A stretch of DNA of 64,000 nt from Rhodospirillales bacterium (GTDB taxonomy: Bacteria > Pseudomonadota > Alphaproteobacteria > Bin95): NCBI GenBank assembly GCA_038143065.1, contig JAYQLI010000012.1, positions 79,198 through 143,197 on the forward strand, given 5' to 3'. The position numbers and the translations under genes are program-made. Positions 19,977 through 31,507 of this stretch are shown here, one piece after another; position 1 is the first letter of the stretch, and each line of letters begins with the position of its first letter. Below the pieces are notes generated by a model. It had not been told where the DNA came from. It searched no databases and saw nothing but the letters and a program-made list of their open reading frames with translations.

Positions 19977-22315
19977 CCTACGCTTCAAGCCAATCCACAC
20001 TGCCCCATTACGTATCCGCTGACGAGGCAAAAGTATTTCTGAATAGGCCGATCGATACTCTGATGGCATGTGCAACCCAAATACGAGACGAGGGGCATGG
20101 GCGGCTGGTCAGCTATTCGCGCAAAGTGTTCATTCCTTTGACCAAATTGTGCCGTGATGTTTGTCATTATTGCACTTTTGCCAAAACGCCCAAAAAGATT
20201 GATGCGCCATTTCTAAGCCCTGAACAAGTGCTTGAGATCGCGCGCGCTGGTCAGGTTGCTGGATGTAAAGAAGCCTTGTTCACGCTCGGCGACAAACCGG
20301 AACTGCGATATTCCGTTGCGCTTGAAGCTTTGGCGGAAATGGGCTATGAAACCGACGCTGGATTACCTGCATGCAATGGCGGAATTGGTGATCAACGAAA
20401 CCGGTCTTTTGCCCCATCTTAATCCCGGCGTGATGACCCGCAATGAACTGGCGAAGTTGCGCGAAGTTTCAGTTTCTATGGGAATTATGCTGGAGTCGAC
20501 CTCGTTGCGGTTAATGGAGCAGGGAGGGTGCCACTTTGGCTCACCTGACAAAGATCCTGCTGTTCGATTGAAACGATCCGTAATGCGGGCGAACTGAAAA
20601 TCCCGTTCACCAGCGGCATTTTGATTGGAATCGGAGAAACGCGTGCGGATAGAATTGAAAGCCTTCTGGCCTTGCGCGATTTGCACCAAGAATTTGGCCA
20701 CATTCAGGAAATAATTATCCAGAATTTCCGCGCCAAGCCAAATACGAAAATGGCCGATGTGCCCGAACCTGATTTGACTGACTTGCAGTGGACCATCGCG
20801 ATTGCGCGGGTTATTTTTGGGGCTGAGATGTCAATACAAGCGCCCCCAAATTTGTCTGATGGTGGTGCAGGGTTGATCGCTGCGGGGATAAACGATTGGG
20901 GTGGTGTTTCACCTGTTACGCCGGATCATGTGAACCCAGAGGCCCCTTGGCCTCTTTTGGATCAACTTGCTGATGATACCGCAGGTTGTGGAAAGATATT
21001 GGTAGAACGGTTGGGGATTTACCCGAACTATGCGCATCAAAATACGGTTTGGCTGGATAAAAAGCTGCGTAAACCAGTGCTTGATCTGATTGATGCCGAT
21101 GGATTGGCACGCACGGACAGTTGGGTTCCAGGTGATGCATCCCAAGATTTACCCAAGCTGCCGAAATCGCCTGCGGTCATTCCAGACATGGGTCTGTCAC
21201 GCGTTTTGGTGAAGGCAAATAAGGGTGAGAACCTGTCCGAAGCAGATATCTGCCGCCTTTTGACCGCACGGGATTGCGAAGTTCATGAGGTCATGCAAGC
21301 CGCAGATGACGTTCGCAAACGGGTGAGTGGCGAAACGGTGAGTTATGTTGTAACACGCAACATCAACTATACCAATATCTGTTATTTTAAATGCAAATTC
21401 TGCGCCTTTTCCAAAGGCAAGATGAGCGATAACCTGCGCGGTCGCCCCTACAATTTGGGCGCTGATGTTGTGGTTGAGCGTGCGCGCGAAGCATGGGATC
21501 GCGGCGCGGTTGAGGTTTGTTTACAGGGCGGTATTCATCCCGAATATACAGGCCAAACCTATCTTGATATTCTGAGTGCAATCAAATCTGAGCTGCCTGA
21601 TATGCACGTCCATGCGTTTTCCCCGCTAGAGGTGCACCAAGGGGCCGCTACGTTGGGTGTTTCAGTCTATGATTTTATTGGGCAGTTAATTGACGAAGGA
21701 TTGGGCAGCTTGCCTGGCACTGCGGCAGAAATTTTGGACGATGAAGTGCGACGTGATTTGTGCCACGACAAGATCAATACAGCCGAATGGTTCGAAGTGG
21801 TGAACGCGGCACATAAACAGGGGCTAAAAACTACTGCAACAATCATGTTTGGCCATATTGACCGACCCGTGCATTGGGCGCGGCATATGCTGCGTCTGCG
21901 GGATCAACAGACTAAAACTGGTGGATTTACCGAATTAGTACCCTTGCCGTTTGTTCATATGGAATCACCGATTTACTTGAAGGGTGGGTCGCGTAAAGGG
22001 CCAACTTGGCGGGAATCCGTGTTGGTTCATTCCGTTGCGCGTTTGGCGTTGAACCCGCTGATCCCAAACATTCAGGCCTCTTGGGTCAAGCTCGGCCCGG
22101 AGGGCGTCGCGGCTTGTTTGTCCGCCGGAGTGAACGACATTGGCGGCACTTTGATGGATGAGACCATCACACGCTCTGCTGGGGCGGCGCATGGGCAGGA
22201 AATGACACCTTCCGCGATGGAAGAGTTGTTGTTGCGCCAAGGCCGCCCATCGCGGCAACGCACGACACTATATCAAGATGCGGCAAAGGATCGGCGTTTA
22301 GCTTCATTTGCTTAG
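19973..22315 (+). CDS. fbiC: Bifunctional Fo synthase (CofG-CofH fusion), frameshifts near 20355 and 20575
   Basis: Two radical SAM CxxxCxxC motifs (CRDVCHYC; CYFKCKFC), [25 protein letters not shown]; ORF 20621..22315 runs from the CofG half into the CofH half. Confidence 0.9.
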
Positions 22316-22340
22316 CCTTTGCAGTTCTATGGTTGGATTG

Positions 22341-23654
22341 TTAGCCGACCTGATTAGGCAGCCACGTGGCAATAGCTGGAAAAGCGACAATCAGCGCTAT
22401 ACCCAACAAGAACAGCGCGACAAACGGCCAGGTTGCGCGGTAAACTTGACTGATGCTCATGTCTGGCACGACGGCCTTGAACGCGAACAACGTATATCCG
22501 AATGGCGGAGTGATCGCGCCAAGGGTAATGTTGACGAGGAACAGCAGCCAGAACCAAACTGGATCAAACTCCAGCGCAGTGACGACGGGTTGGTAGATCG
22601 GGATCGTCAGTAAGATCACTGCGATCGTGTCGATGAACATACACAGAATAAACGGGACCGCTAGCATGACAAGCAACATCGCAATCGGAGAGTATCCAAG
22701 ATTGGCAACTAGATTAACCAGTTCACCGGTCGCGCCGGTGAAAGCGAGCAGCTGTGTGAACATCTTAGACATCGCCATAATGGCTAAGATCATTGCAGAA
22801 ACTTTTATCGCGGCCATTAGCGAGTCCAAGATCATCTGTAATGAAAGCTTCCGGTAGATAGCTGCGGTTAACAACGATCCAACTACGCCGGTTGCGGCCG
22901 ATTCAGATGGAGTTGCGATACCCAACATAATAAAGCCCATAACCGAAAAGATCACGATCAAGAAGGGCATGGTGCGGACAATAGCTATGAGTTTCTCCAT
23001 CGGTGTGACTTCGGCCCGCTCGCCTGCAACATTGCCCGGAGCAAGTGAGGGGTTCATGCCGATCCGTACAAAGACGTAAACCAAGAAAATCCCACCGATA
23101 AAGAGACCAGGGATAACACCTGCAATCAGCAGTTTTGCAATCGACACGTCAGCTATAGAGCCAACAATAATCGCCAGTAGACTAGGTGGGATAATCGGAG
23201 CAAGGCTCGCACCGCCGATAATCAGGCCCGCCGCGATACTACGATCGTAACCGCGATCGTGCATCCCCGGCATAATGGCCCGCCCAAGCATCGCAGCCAC
23301 GGCCATGGCAACACCGGAGAGCGCGCCAAAGACAGCGGATAAGACGACGACCAGAACGTATTGGCGGCCCCGTACTTTGCCCACCAGTTTGTCAATTGAA
23401 TCGAACAAAACGTCCATTGTTCCAGATCGAAACAGCAATTCACCCATTAGGATGAACAAGGGTATTGAGGCCAAAGAAGTAGTTGTGGCCGTGTCGAGCA
23501 CCGAATTTGCAAACAATGGAAATCCGGCGGGGCCAATGACGAAATACACGCCCAGCAAAATCGCTGCCAGAAAGGCAAGAAAGATTGGAGCGCCCGACAA
23601 AAACAAAACGAAGAGGATCGCCATCCCCAAAATAAGCGTTGTGTACCATTCCAT
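22341..23654 (-). CDS. TRAP transporter large permease (DctM)
   Basis: IPLFILMG, IIPPS, ATPSES, ITPPFG; many TM helices. Confidence 0.92.
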   Translation of the reverse strand: MEWYTTLILGMAILFVLFLSGAPIFLAFLAAILLGVYFVIGPAGFPLFANSVLDTATTTSLASIPLFILMGELLFRSGTMDVLFDSIDKLVGKVRGRQYVLVVVLSAVFGALSGVAMAVAAMLGRAIMPGMHDRGYDRSIAAGLIIGGASLAPIIPPSLLAIIVGSIADVSIAKLLIAGVIPGLFIGGIFLVYVFVRIGMNPSLAPGNVAGERAEVTPMEKLIAIVRTMPFLIVIFSVMGFIMLGIATPSESAATGVVGSLLTAAIYRKLSLQMILDSLMAAIKVSAMILAIMAMSKMFTQLLAFTGATGELVNLVANLGYSPIAMLLVMLAVPFILCMFIDTIAVILLTIPIYQPVVTALEFDPVWFWLLFLVNITLGAITPPFGYTLFAFKAVVPDMSISQVYRATWPFVALFLLGIALIVAFPAIATWLPNQVG

Positions 23655-24175
23655 TAATCTGCTTGCTCGCTTGCATCAACACCGCTAATGCGGTGTTTAG
23701 GGGATAAATAAAGCAGCAGGTAAATTGCGCTTAAACCTAGCCCGAAAGTGATAAATGAAGACACCCACCATTGCGGAATTGGCACAATGGCAAGGGTATG
23801 AATCCCACGGGTGAATTGCCGGATGTTTTCCTGCAAACTAACCCAAGCAGCGAAAGAGAGGCATAAGAAACCTAAGATGCTGATGATGACATGCAAAATG
23901 TTGGCGATGGGTTTTGGAGCGATGTCGACCAAAATCGTAACGGCAACATGGGCTTTATCTTTGGTGACGTGGGGCAGCGCAAGAAATGCTGATGCGCAAA
24001 GGGCATATGCCACAAAATCGCTGGCCCATGCTGTTGGTGATTGAAAAACATACCGCGAAACGACTTCGTAGATGTAGGAACAGACAATCATGGCAAGACC
24101 GGTTGCAGCGAGGACTGATGCCGCCAGCGTCAGGAAGTCAACCACCTTTTTAACATTTGTGACAATCACGGTCAT
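23654..24175 (-). CDS. TRAP transporter small permease (DctQ)
   Basis: EVVSRYVF..PTAW, HVAV; about 4 TM; between dctP and dctM. Confidence 0.9.
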   Translation of the reverse strand: MTVIVTNVKKVVDFLTLAASVLAATGLAMIVCSYIYEVVSRYVFQSPTAWASDFVAYALCASAFLALPHVTKDKAHVAVTILVDIAPKPIANILHVIISILGFLCLSFAAWVSLQENIRQFTRGIHTLAIVPIPQWWVSSFITFGLGLSAIYLLLYLSPKHRISGVDASEQAD

Positions 24176-24211
24176 TTGGAGCCCTATTTACGTTTGTTTT
24201 TGACTAAAAAC

Positions 24212-24246
24212 AAAAAAGTGCCCGGCCCCTATCAGGAACCAGGCAC
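24212..24246 (-). terminator. Hairpin plus U-tract after dctP
   Basis: Minus strand GTGCCTGGTTCC-loop-GGGCCGGGCAC-TTTTTT. Confidence 0.6.
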
Positions 24247-24260
24247 AAGATCACTATAAT

Positions 24261-25235
24261 TTACATGCCTTTTGAAGCAACAAAGTCCCGGAAGGCTTCG
24301 CCTGTTGCGCCTGATGCTTCAACGGCCACTTCCATTGCACGATCTGCGAACAATGCATTTGCTTCTTCCAGTGTGTACCCAATGGAAGTTTTCTTTGCAC
24401 CAGCCGCCATCATCGCTGCGTTTTCTTGTTCCAGAAGCGCATTGAAGATATCGATCGAGTTTTGTTCCAGCTTGTGACCCGCTTCGAGCATTGCTGTCTG
24501 CTGGGCTTCATTCAAGCTGTTCCATTTGTCTAAGTTCATCATGATCAAATAGGAAACTGTGCCAAACGCTGGCTCTGCCAGATAAGGTGTAACTTCGTGG
24601 AATTTATAGCCTACAGCGCCAACAGAAGGCCACACCAGCCCGTCAATTACGCCTTTTTCAGCAGCTGAGTAAAGTTCGCCAAACGGGATAACAACCGCAG
24701 TACCACCCAAAGATCCAACAATTTTATTGTAGGATGGCAGGGCACGAATTTTTGTACCGTTAAGTTTATTGGTTTCATCCATTGGCTCTTTTAGGAAGAA
24801 ACGGAACCCGGTTGTTGCTGTTGGAATTGACAGAACTTTCAGGTTTTGCGTTTCCTGGTAGTGCGCATCCACCCAATCCCAAATACCAGACGTACGGCGT
24901 TTTTCGATGTCACCGTTTACGGCGTCAATCGCAGCACCGACGCCTGTGTCACCAGTGTGGTACAAGCCGTGCGTGTAGATGATGTCAAAGACACCAGCCG
25001 AAACTGGTTGAATTTGTTTACCACCTGGCACAACTTCTGGTCCGCTTGGCGTAATATTGATGTCGCCGCCAGAGATTTCTTTGACTAGATCAATGTAACC
25101 GTAAGCCATATTGGCTGTGCCAGAGTGATTGCCACCCCAAGCTGTCAACATTTTCATGTCTTCAGCAAAACTTGCTGACGCGGACAAAGCTAAGCCCAAG
25201 GTGGCCGCAACCAGTGATTTTGATATATTGTTCAT
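24261..25235 (-). CDS. TRAP transporter solute-binding protein (DctP)
   Basis: Signal peptide, G.KIR, LGG..V, ELYSA.EKGVIDG. Confidence 0.9.
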   Translation of the reverse strand: MNNISKSLVAATLGLALSASASFAEDMKMLTAWGGNHSGTANMAYGYIDLVKEISGGDINITPSGPEVVPGGKQIQPVSAGVFDIIYTHGLYHTGDTGVGAAIDAVNGDIEKRRTSGIWDWVDAHYQETQNLKVLSIPTATTGFRFFLKEPMDETNKLNGTKIRALPSYNKIVGSLGGTAVVIPFGELYSAAEKGVIDGLVWPSVGAVGYKFHEVTPYLAEPAFGTVSYLIMMNLDKWNSLNEAQQTAMLEAGHKLEQNSIDIFNALLEQENAAMMAAGAKKTSIGYTLEEANALFADRAMEVAVEASGATGEAFRDFVASKGM

Positions 25236-25602
25236 TTAGCAGTCTCCCATTTTTTCTATCGCCGAACCGAGGGGTCTACCCTCTGAAACAAGTGACTTCA
25301 GCGGTGTTGGTGTTCAAATTATGTAGTATACGTCTTATTATGTCGAATCATATTTTTAAACCTAATTAAACTACTGTAATGATGTGTTTTTTTTGGATGC
25401 AGAAGTAAGTTCCGTAGCAAAAACGGCAAATTCCTAGTACGAAACATGTAAATTTTATTGATGACAAGACGCCGGTAAGCCTACAGATAAAGCAATAGGA
25501 AAATGCCAGATCGTAACGCCTAAATTGACGCGGATTTTGTTATTAAGTTGTTAGTAGGGGTTACGGTTTTTGTAGACTTTTGAGTCATATGGCTGATAAC
25601 TA

Positions 25603-25618
25603 ACGTAGTGTACTACGT
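25603..25618. promoter_or_regulatory. Palindromic operator upstream of nitroreductase
   Basis: ACGTAGTGTACTACGT; its reverse complement shares CGTAGTACACTAC with 10077-10089. Confidence 0.6.
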
Positions 25619-25656
25619 GTTTAATGTTGACGCCAAATTTGGATTGGAAATGCACT

Positions 25657-26331
25657 ATGAGTGATGAATTTAAAATACTGTCTGGCATCATGGACAGCCG
25701 TTATAGCTGCCGAGCATATCTTGATAGAGAGGTGAGTGATGCCGACATCAACCAAATTGTCAAAACCGCATCAAAGGTTCCGACGTGGTGCAATGCTCAG
25801 CCATGGAAAATTTTGGTTACCAAAGGTGATGAAACAAAATCTTTTGCAAAAACGATGGTAGACGCCGCCAACGCTGGCCCAATGGAACCCGATTTTGATT
25901 GGCCCAAGCAATATACGGGTGATTATCAAGATCGCAGACGTGTGTGCGGGTATCAGCTGTATGAATCCTTGGGTATTGCGCGAGATGATCGGGAAAAGCG
26001 CGCAGAACAAATGATGCAAAATTTCAAATTTTTTGGTGCTCCACATGTTGCGATTGTAACAACAGAAGCTGATCTAGGCCACTATGGTGCAATGGATTGT
26101 GGTGGGTTCATAGCATTGTTCACATTGGCCGCCCGCGCGTTAGGGGTAGCATCAGTTGTTCAAGCTTCTGTAACGGGTTATGCACCAATCATTCGCAGTC
26201 ATTTTGGAATTTCAGAAAACAGGCTTATTCAAACAGCAATTTCATTTGGATATGAAAACAAAGACCATCCCGCTAACAGTTTTCGCACACAGCGAGCAAT
26301 AATCGAAGATGTTTTGAACATTGTCTCTTAA
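25657..26331 (+). CDS. Nitroreductase family protein
   Basis: SRYSCRAY, PTWCNAQPW, NFKFFGAPH, DCGGF, ISFGY. Confidence 0.88.
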   Translation: MSDEFKILSGIMDSRYSCRAYLDREVSDADINQIVKTASKVPTWCNAQPWKILVTKGDETKSFAKTMVDAANAGPMEPDFDWPKQYTGDYQDRRRVCGYQLYESLGIARDDREKRAEQMMQNFKFFGAPHVAIVTTEADLGHYGAMDCGGFIALFTLAARALGVASVVQASVTGYAPIIRSHFGISENRLIQTAISFGYENKDHPANSFRTQRAIIEDVLNIVS

Positions 26332-26345
26332 TGAAATGAGCTAAT

Positions 26346-26390
26346 GCACACGGACTCGAACTCCCTGACCCACTGATTACAAATCAGTGC
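26346..26390 (-). pseudogene. Degenerate tRNA-Thr(UGU) 3' fragment, probable att scar
   Basis: Minus strand CTGATTTGTAATCAG anticodon arm (TGT) then GTTCGAGTCC T-loop; 5' half and CCA missing. Confidence 0.65.
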
Positions 26391-26558
26391 TTCTGTTTCT
26401 TTGTTATTCATCTGCCTAATTCCATTCTAACTATGCCTCTCTAAAGAAAGCACAATACCATTGTTGTTTTGATCTTTGCCTCGCGATCATCAAATTCACG
26501 CTGAGACAAAGCGATTATGTCTGCTACTCGCTCTTTAGATAGCGATACGGGCGCTGTT

Positions 26559-26860
26559 TCATTCATCAGCTATAGCCTCCTTGATTGCTCGAAAATTTAT
26601 CCAGAGTGATGCCTTATCGCTTAGCTTGTGCGCGAGGCTTGGCCGGTGGATGAAAATTGGAACATATTCATCCAAATCTTTGCGAAGTAACAAAACGCCT
26701 TCAATATCATCGCGATATTGCCAAGCATGCAGAATGTGATCTTTTGCTGAGCTATTAAGGCGCATCCACGTCGTAGCTGGGCCAGTTCTCCATTCAGCTG
26801 GCAAACATCAAATAGAGCGTCAGCCAAATCGATAGAAAGCTCAGCATAGCAGTTCCGCAT
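26559..26860 (-). pseudogene. Phage/satellite-like hypothetical protein, frameshifted
   Basis: Overlapping short ORFs 26621..26860 and 26559..26804 on the strand of the element. Confidence 0.3.
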
Positions 26861-28299
26861 GCGCTGACGGTTGATTTGTGCGCTGCGCTTGGCCGTTTGC
26901 AGTATTTGATCTGGGGGTTAAGAACATTAGAAAACCCTTGAGTTTTGCGCGTAAAAATGTCCGATAAATCTATCGGTATGGAATTTTACGCAGCCGTCAT
27001 CAGCAAAAGCAAACTCCTTCCAGCCCGTGACTACTGTAGAGAATTCTTTATCTAAATCAGATTGTTGCGGGAACGCAGATAATCAACTTATCGGTAACCA
27101 GCTCAAATCATCTAATACGGCGCGCAGAACCTCTAAGTTGATCCGCTTAACAAGATTGACCAACAGCCATCGGAAAGCCGTAAGCTTTTAACTCACCTAA
27201 TTACGAGCCAACGTCAATACTTTGATCAAACCATAGCGATTTGAGCCTGGATGATCCGTTTTGCCTCTATTGGCAGGTGATAACGCGCAACTTCATTAAG
27301 AAATATGCGTGGATCTGGGTAATGCAGCGGCCATTGCCAGCTCCTTTGAAGAATATATCATATGTGCCTCAATATTGATGCTTAATATATTGAAAATATA
27401 TCACATTTAGTGATTTTAGGTAATAGCGCTATTGGGCAAATATGAGTGCTCCCCTTGTTGAAAGTCGCAGTCTGCCTGGAAAAAGGGTGAGAACGCTACA
27501 AGCATAGCGTGACTAGAGTACCTTTTGTTCTGAACTGTAACCTGATCTGAAAATCTGAATGGCCAGATTGTTGGCGACTGAACGTACCCGCAAGACAGGG
27601 ATTGTCAGAAGGACCTGTAGTGGTAGGTTCATGCAAAGATTTAATCATGGAGGAAAACTTAAGTTAATGGCTTTCGAAAAATGGTTCTGGAGTTCTTATC
27701 CTATATTGGCTTTTTGACCGGGAGAGTAGAAAACCTCTCGATGATCACGAAAAAGCTTGCCAATAGAGATTTGGGAAAGCGCGGGCGATAGTGGGCCATC
27801 TGATAAAGTGCTCCTTCCTTATGCATCAAAATTTGAACGCTGCTAGATCGCAAAGATCAACGAGGAACACAGAAGTTTTGATCATGCTTCTGGTAATTGC
27901 TTTCTTGGTTGATGCAGCGGGGGTCGCTTACTGGCAACGCTAGGTTCTCCCAACCGCAATCCATCGCGGGTACGCCGGATGCTAGACACCTGCCTAGCGG
28001 TTTAGCTTTTGCTAGGGGGTTTAGCGCAGTTTTGATGCTGTCCCAGAACAAATGGTGTCACCGTTGTCACTGCAGACGCAACGTGTTCAGAGGCAAAGTC
28101 GAAGCCAACATTAAAAAGATGGGAGAAGACATCTTTATATTGGCGCGCAAGATGAGATATTGGTGACAAAACTCACGAGTTCTGCCCTTCCCAGCGACTG
28201 CATCAAGGCGACAGAACCATGCGCGCGGCTTATTGATCAGCACGCCAGCAAATTTATATGCACTTGAGCATTAACAAGCATGAAGGAGGTTTGTTTGGG

Positions 28300-30460
28300 T
28301 TCTTATCTTCGCTTACCCGCACCCAAACACAGCGCAGCCAATTGCTCAAACAGAGCGCGCGTCACGGTGATCCAGCGTTTGAGCTTACGTGTGCTTCTGC
28401 TCAAGTTTAGATAGGTGAGAACATCAAGCTTTTTAGATAAAATAAATCCCGCAATATCGGTCAGCGTGTCGTGATTATCCGCAACGCTCACCAATGCCTC
28501 CATAAAGTGCCATGTCATTTGGCAGTTTATAATCAAACAAAAGGTGTCTGATTGCTTGAACGTATCCAGATCACATCAGACAGAACGTATTTGAACATTC
28601 TTAATGCAGTACCAAAGGCAGAGCCGAACAAATAGTCCGTCATATTTAGGAAACCAACGTACGCCAACTTTCCATTAAATGTTTCAACAGACAATAACTG
28701 ATGATTTTTCGCAATCATTGAACTCGCTGCGCGGTATTCTTGAGCATCAGGGGAAAAGATCACCCATGACTGCCATCTATTACTTTTTTCGGAAATCTCT
28801 TGAAAGATCCCTAATAAGAACTTCATAGCTGCTCACTGACCGGTGGGATGGGTTCATCCCTTCCAAACAGAAGGCGCCAAAAAGACAGGCGTCATCCTTG
28901 CAATAAGCCGTCCTCTGGCAGGCTATCTGCTATCTTTCGGCGGATCTTGGAATGCCACCAATTAAACAAAGGGAAGCATGCGGCAATATTGTCTTCGCCC
29001 GAAATCTTCCACCGGATATGAACCGCCATTGTAGCAACGCAACCAAAACGCCCTATCAGCGCCACTGCCTTTGCCACCACCATATTTATCAAGGCGACCA
29101 AACAATCCAGAAAGCTCATCGTGGCTACGCCCAATCCCTCGAGGCATTATCATGCATGACATTCTGCATCGTAGGGATGTGGCATCATCCACGCGCTTAC
29201 GTTTGCAGATCATTTTCGTCGCGATCTTCCTCTTTCTGCTCCTGCCACGCCTTAAGCTCTTTTAAGTATTCTTGATAAATCGGCATCGATTTTCTTAACG
29301 GCTTTTCGGCTGCATTTGGAATAGGCGATTTCTTTGCACTGGGCGGCCCGATTTTGACCGTAAAGCCTAGCGCACCAAGCTCCAATAATCGTGACACTTC
29401 ACCTTTAGCTGTAACTGGTCTGGGCTCATGCTGCACAGACAGTTAGCGCATCCATTGCTAGCCCCGCTGGATCGCAGCCCATTGTGGAGCCTAAAGCAAA
29501 AGCAAACTCATATTCACAGGCGGTAAAAGCCCGCGAGGAATGCAGGGTATTAGCTAAATTACCCCATAGATCAAACTGGCTTATACTTTTGCCTGTCTGT
29601 AGTCTCCACAGCCGCTTTAGGGCAACATTACGCCTCTTAGCACGAATTTATCAAGTGTATTTCCAACCCGCTGCTTTAATGCGCGTTGCCCATCAGGTGA
29701 CGTCCAGCGATCATCGCCGGCTGTATTATCTAAGAATGTTGGGAAGCATTCATCAAACAGCTGATCGACACGAGGCCATCAATCATGATTTTGCAGCCAG
29801 TTTGCCAGAGTCTCTAACAATGCTGCGCCAATATATTTCACGGCCATCTATTACCTTGCCATCATCGTCGTCTGAAAGACCAATTTAAAGAGACCCCGGT
29901 CAATCTTAGAGCTTAGCATTGTGTCCATTCGGGATGCGGCTTTAAGTTAGGGAGGCTAAACTATGCATTCACAGGCGGGCTTTCAGATAGTTTCATTGGG
30001 CAATTTGTTCTTCAGCGTAGCCTTTTGCCTTCTTGCTCAATGACGGGTAACTATCTGTCCCAGCCAACCTGAAAAGGTGTGTTCCCGTATCAATGCTGTT
30101 TGCATCGCCGCAGATGGCAGCATTTAAGATAGGTGCAGCCTCTCGGATGGTTTCAATGTCATCCGTCACCTGATCAAGCTCAAACCAAACTTGCACTCTG
30201 GGTTCTGGCTTGCTGCCCGTCAAAACACCTAAGCGATAATTCAAGCCAAGCGCTTTGACTGCATCGCGGCTACGCTCCCACTTTTCGTCAACATCAGCCA
30301 CCAAAAACTTAGAAGGCGAAAAAGTGTGAAGAATATGGATCGGCCCCGGCATTCCCTTAAAGCACTGGCTGGAAACAATGTAGATATTGCTGGATTGGTT
30401 TTTTATAACACAAAGTCTTTAGCCTGATCAATCTTATCGGGTGAGAAATTACACGTTTGC
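28300..30460 (-). pseudogene. Replication gene remnant: RepB-type primase domain followed by DUF3987/YfjI-like domain
   Basis: Primase-like VADVD...TGSKP..RVQVWF...LFRLAGT..YP (29993..30352); DUF3987-like SAKKSP, DDAT, DELSGLFG.LDKYGG, DRAFWL..YNGG, DGLL spread over several frames. Confidence 0.6.
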
Positions 30461-30726
30461 CATGGCGTGTTTGCATTTCTGTAAGCAATCTCAAAGCTGC
30501 CATCTTCAATGGCTCTGAAATTGTCTGGATTAAAGACAGTTTCGCAGATGCAGGCGCATGTGTTTTCTGTTCATCAGCGAATTTCCTCTTTAGGCTTTGC
30601 CGCAGCAGAAAAATCGCGTATAGTCAGGGTGTCATAAGCTCCTTGGCCCGTCGCGCTTTTCCCTTCTGTGCGGCGGGTTTTTTATTTGGAGTTTTTTAGC
30701 AGATCCGCAGCAGCAGCTTTTGCGCC

Positions 30727-30942
30727 TAGTTTTCTTGTGCAGTATCTTGTTTAAGCAAAAACTCTTCTGCGTCGTCATATTTGATGATTTTGAGGCTTTT
30801 TACCCTGATGAACTTTGGCACCTCGCGACGGGCAAATTTTGCCTTAGTCGTTTCTTTGTTCCAGTTGTTTAACTCGGCCCAATCTGTGTCTAACAGAATG
30901 CGCTTCTCCAGCAGAAAATTTTGTAGCCTTCGGTAGGGACAT
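30727..30942 (-). pseudogene. Small Xis/AlpA-like DNA-binding protein (frameshifted)
   Basis: Manual translation ..ILLDTDWAELNNWNKETTKAKFARREVPKFIRVKSLKIIKYDDAEEFL; position between integrase and primase. Confidence 0.4.
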
Positions 30943-31507
30943 GATCAAACTCCTTTAGTGCAAAGCGTTTGATCAGACCCTACTTAAAACCGATTATTCT
31001 AAGCACTGGGGGTTATTTGTCGGACAATTTATTTTTTTGTACCAGATATCCCTGATATACGTTTCACCACGCCCAACTGCATCAGCAACAAAGATCATTG
31101 CCTCCTCAACGCCAAAATCTAGCTCTCTTCGCTTAATATTTTAATGAAACGTCTTATTGTATGGTGCAAAGCGTAAGCCGGTTTGCGACCTGCTTTTTGT
31201 TGCAGCAATTTTGGATCTTTAACTCTTTCAGCGATCCACTTGACTACGTCAGCCGGTAATTCACCACCATCAGCCAAGTAATCGGCAATTGCGTTATGCA
31301 TCACTGCTGCTGGCAACAAATTGACTGCTTCACTCGGATCTTCCTTTAAAAAACCTTAAAGCCAATCCCCCAAGCGGTATATCTGGCAATTTAGTATCTG
31401 CTTTTTTATGTATTGCTTGAGTTCATTTTCAGATAGGCCGCGCAAATAGTTAGCTTCCCGCTCTGAAGCATCAATTAATGCTTTAACCCCTTTTGATACC
31501 ATTGACC

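Noticed and set aside
19973-22315. Separate cofG and cofH genes
   Set aside because: ORF 20621..22315 reads continuously from CofG C-terminal motifs into CofH; the breaks fall inside the CofG half
26346-26390. Functional tRNA-Thr (likewise tRNA at 2407-2435)
   Set aside because: No 5' half or D-arm and no CCA end, and the Thr fragment has an imperfect T-stem; kept only as att scars
26900-28290. Protein-coding or ncRNA feature in the long ORF-poor stretch
   Set aside because: Only short ORFs with no recognisable motifs; probably decayed element cargo and not supportable by eye
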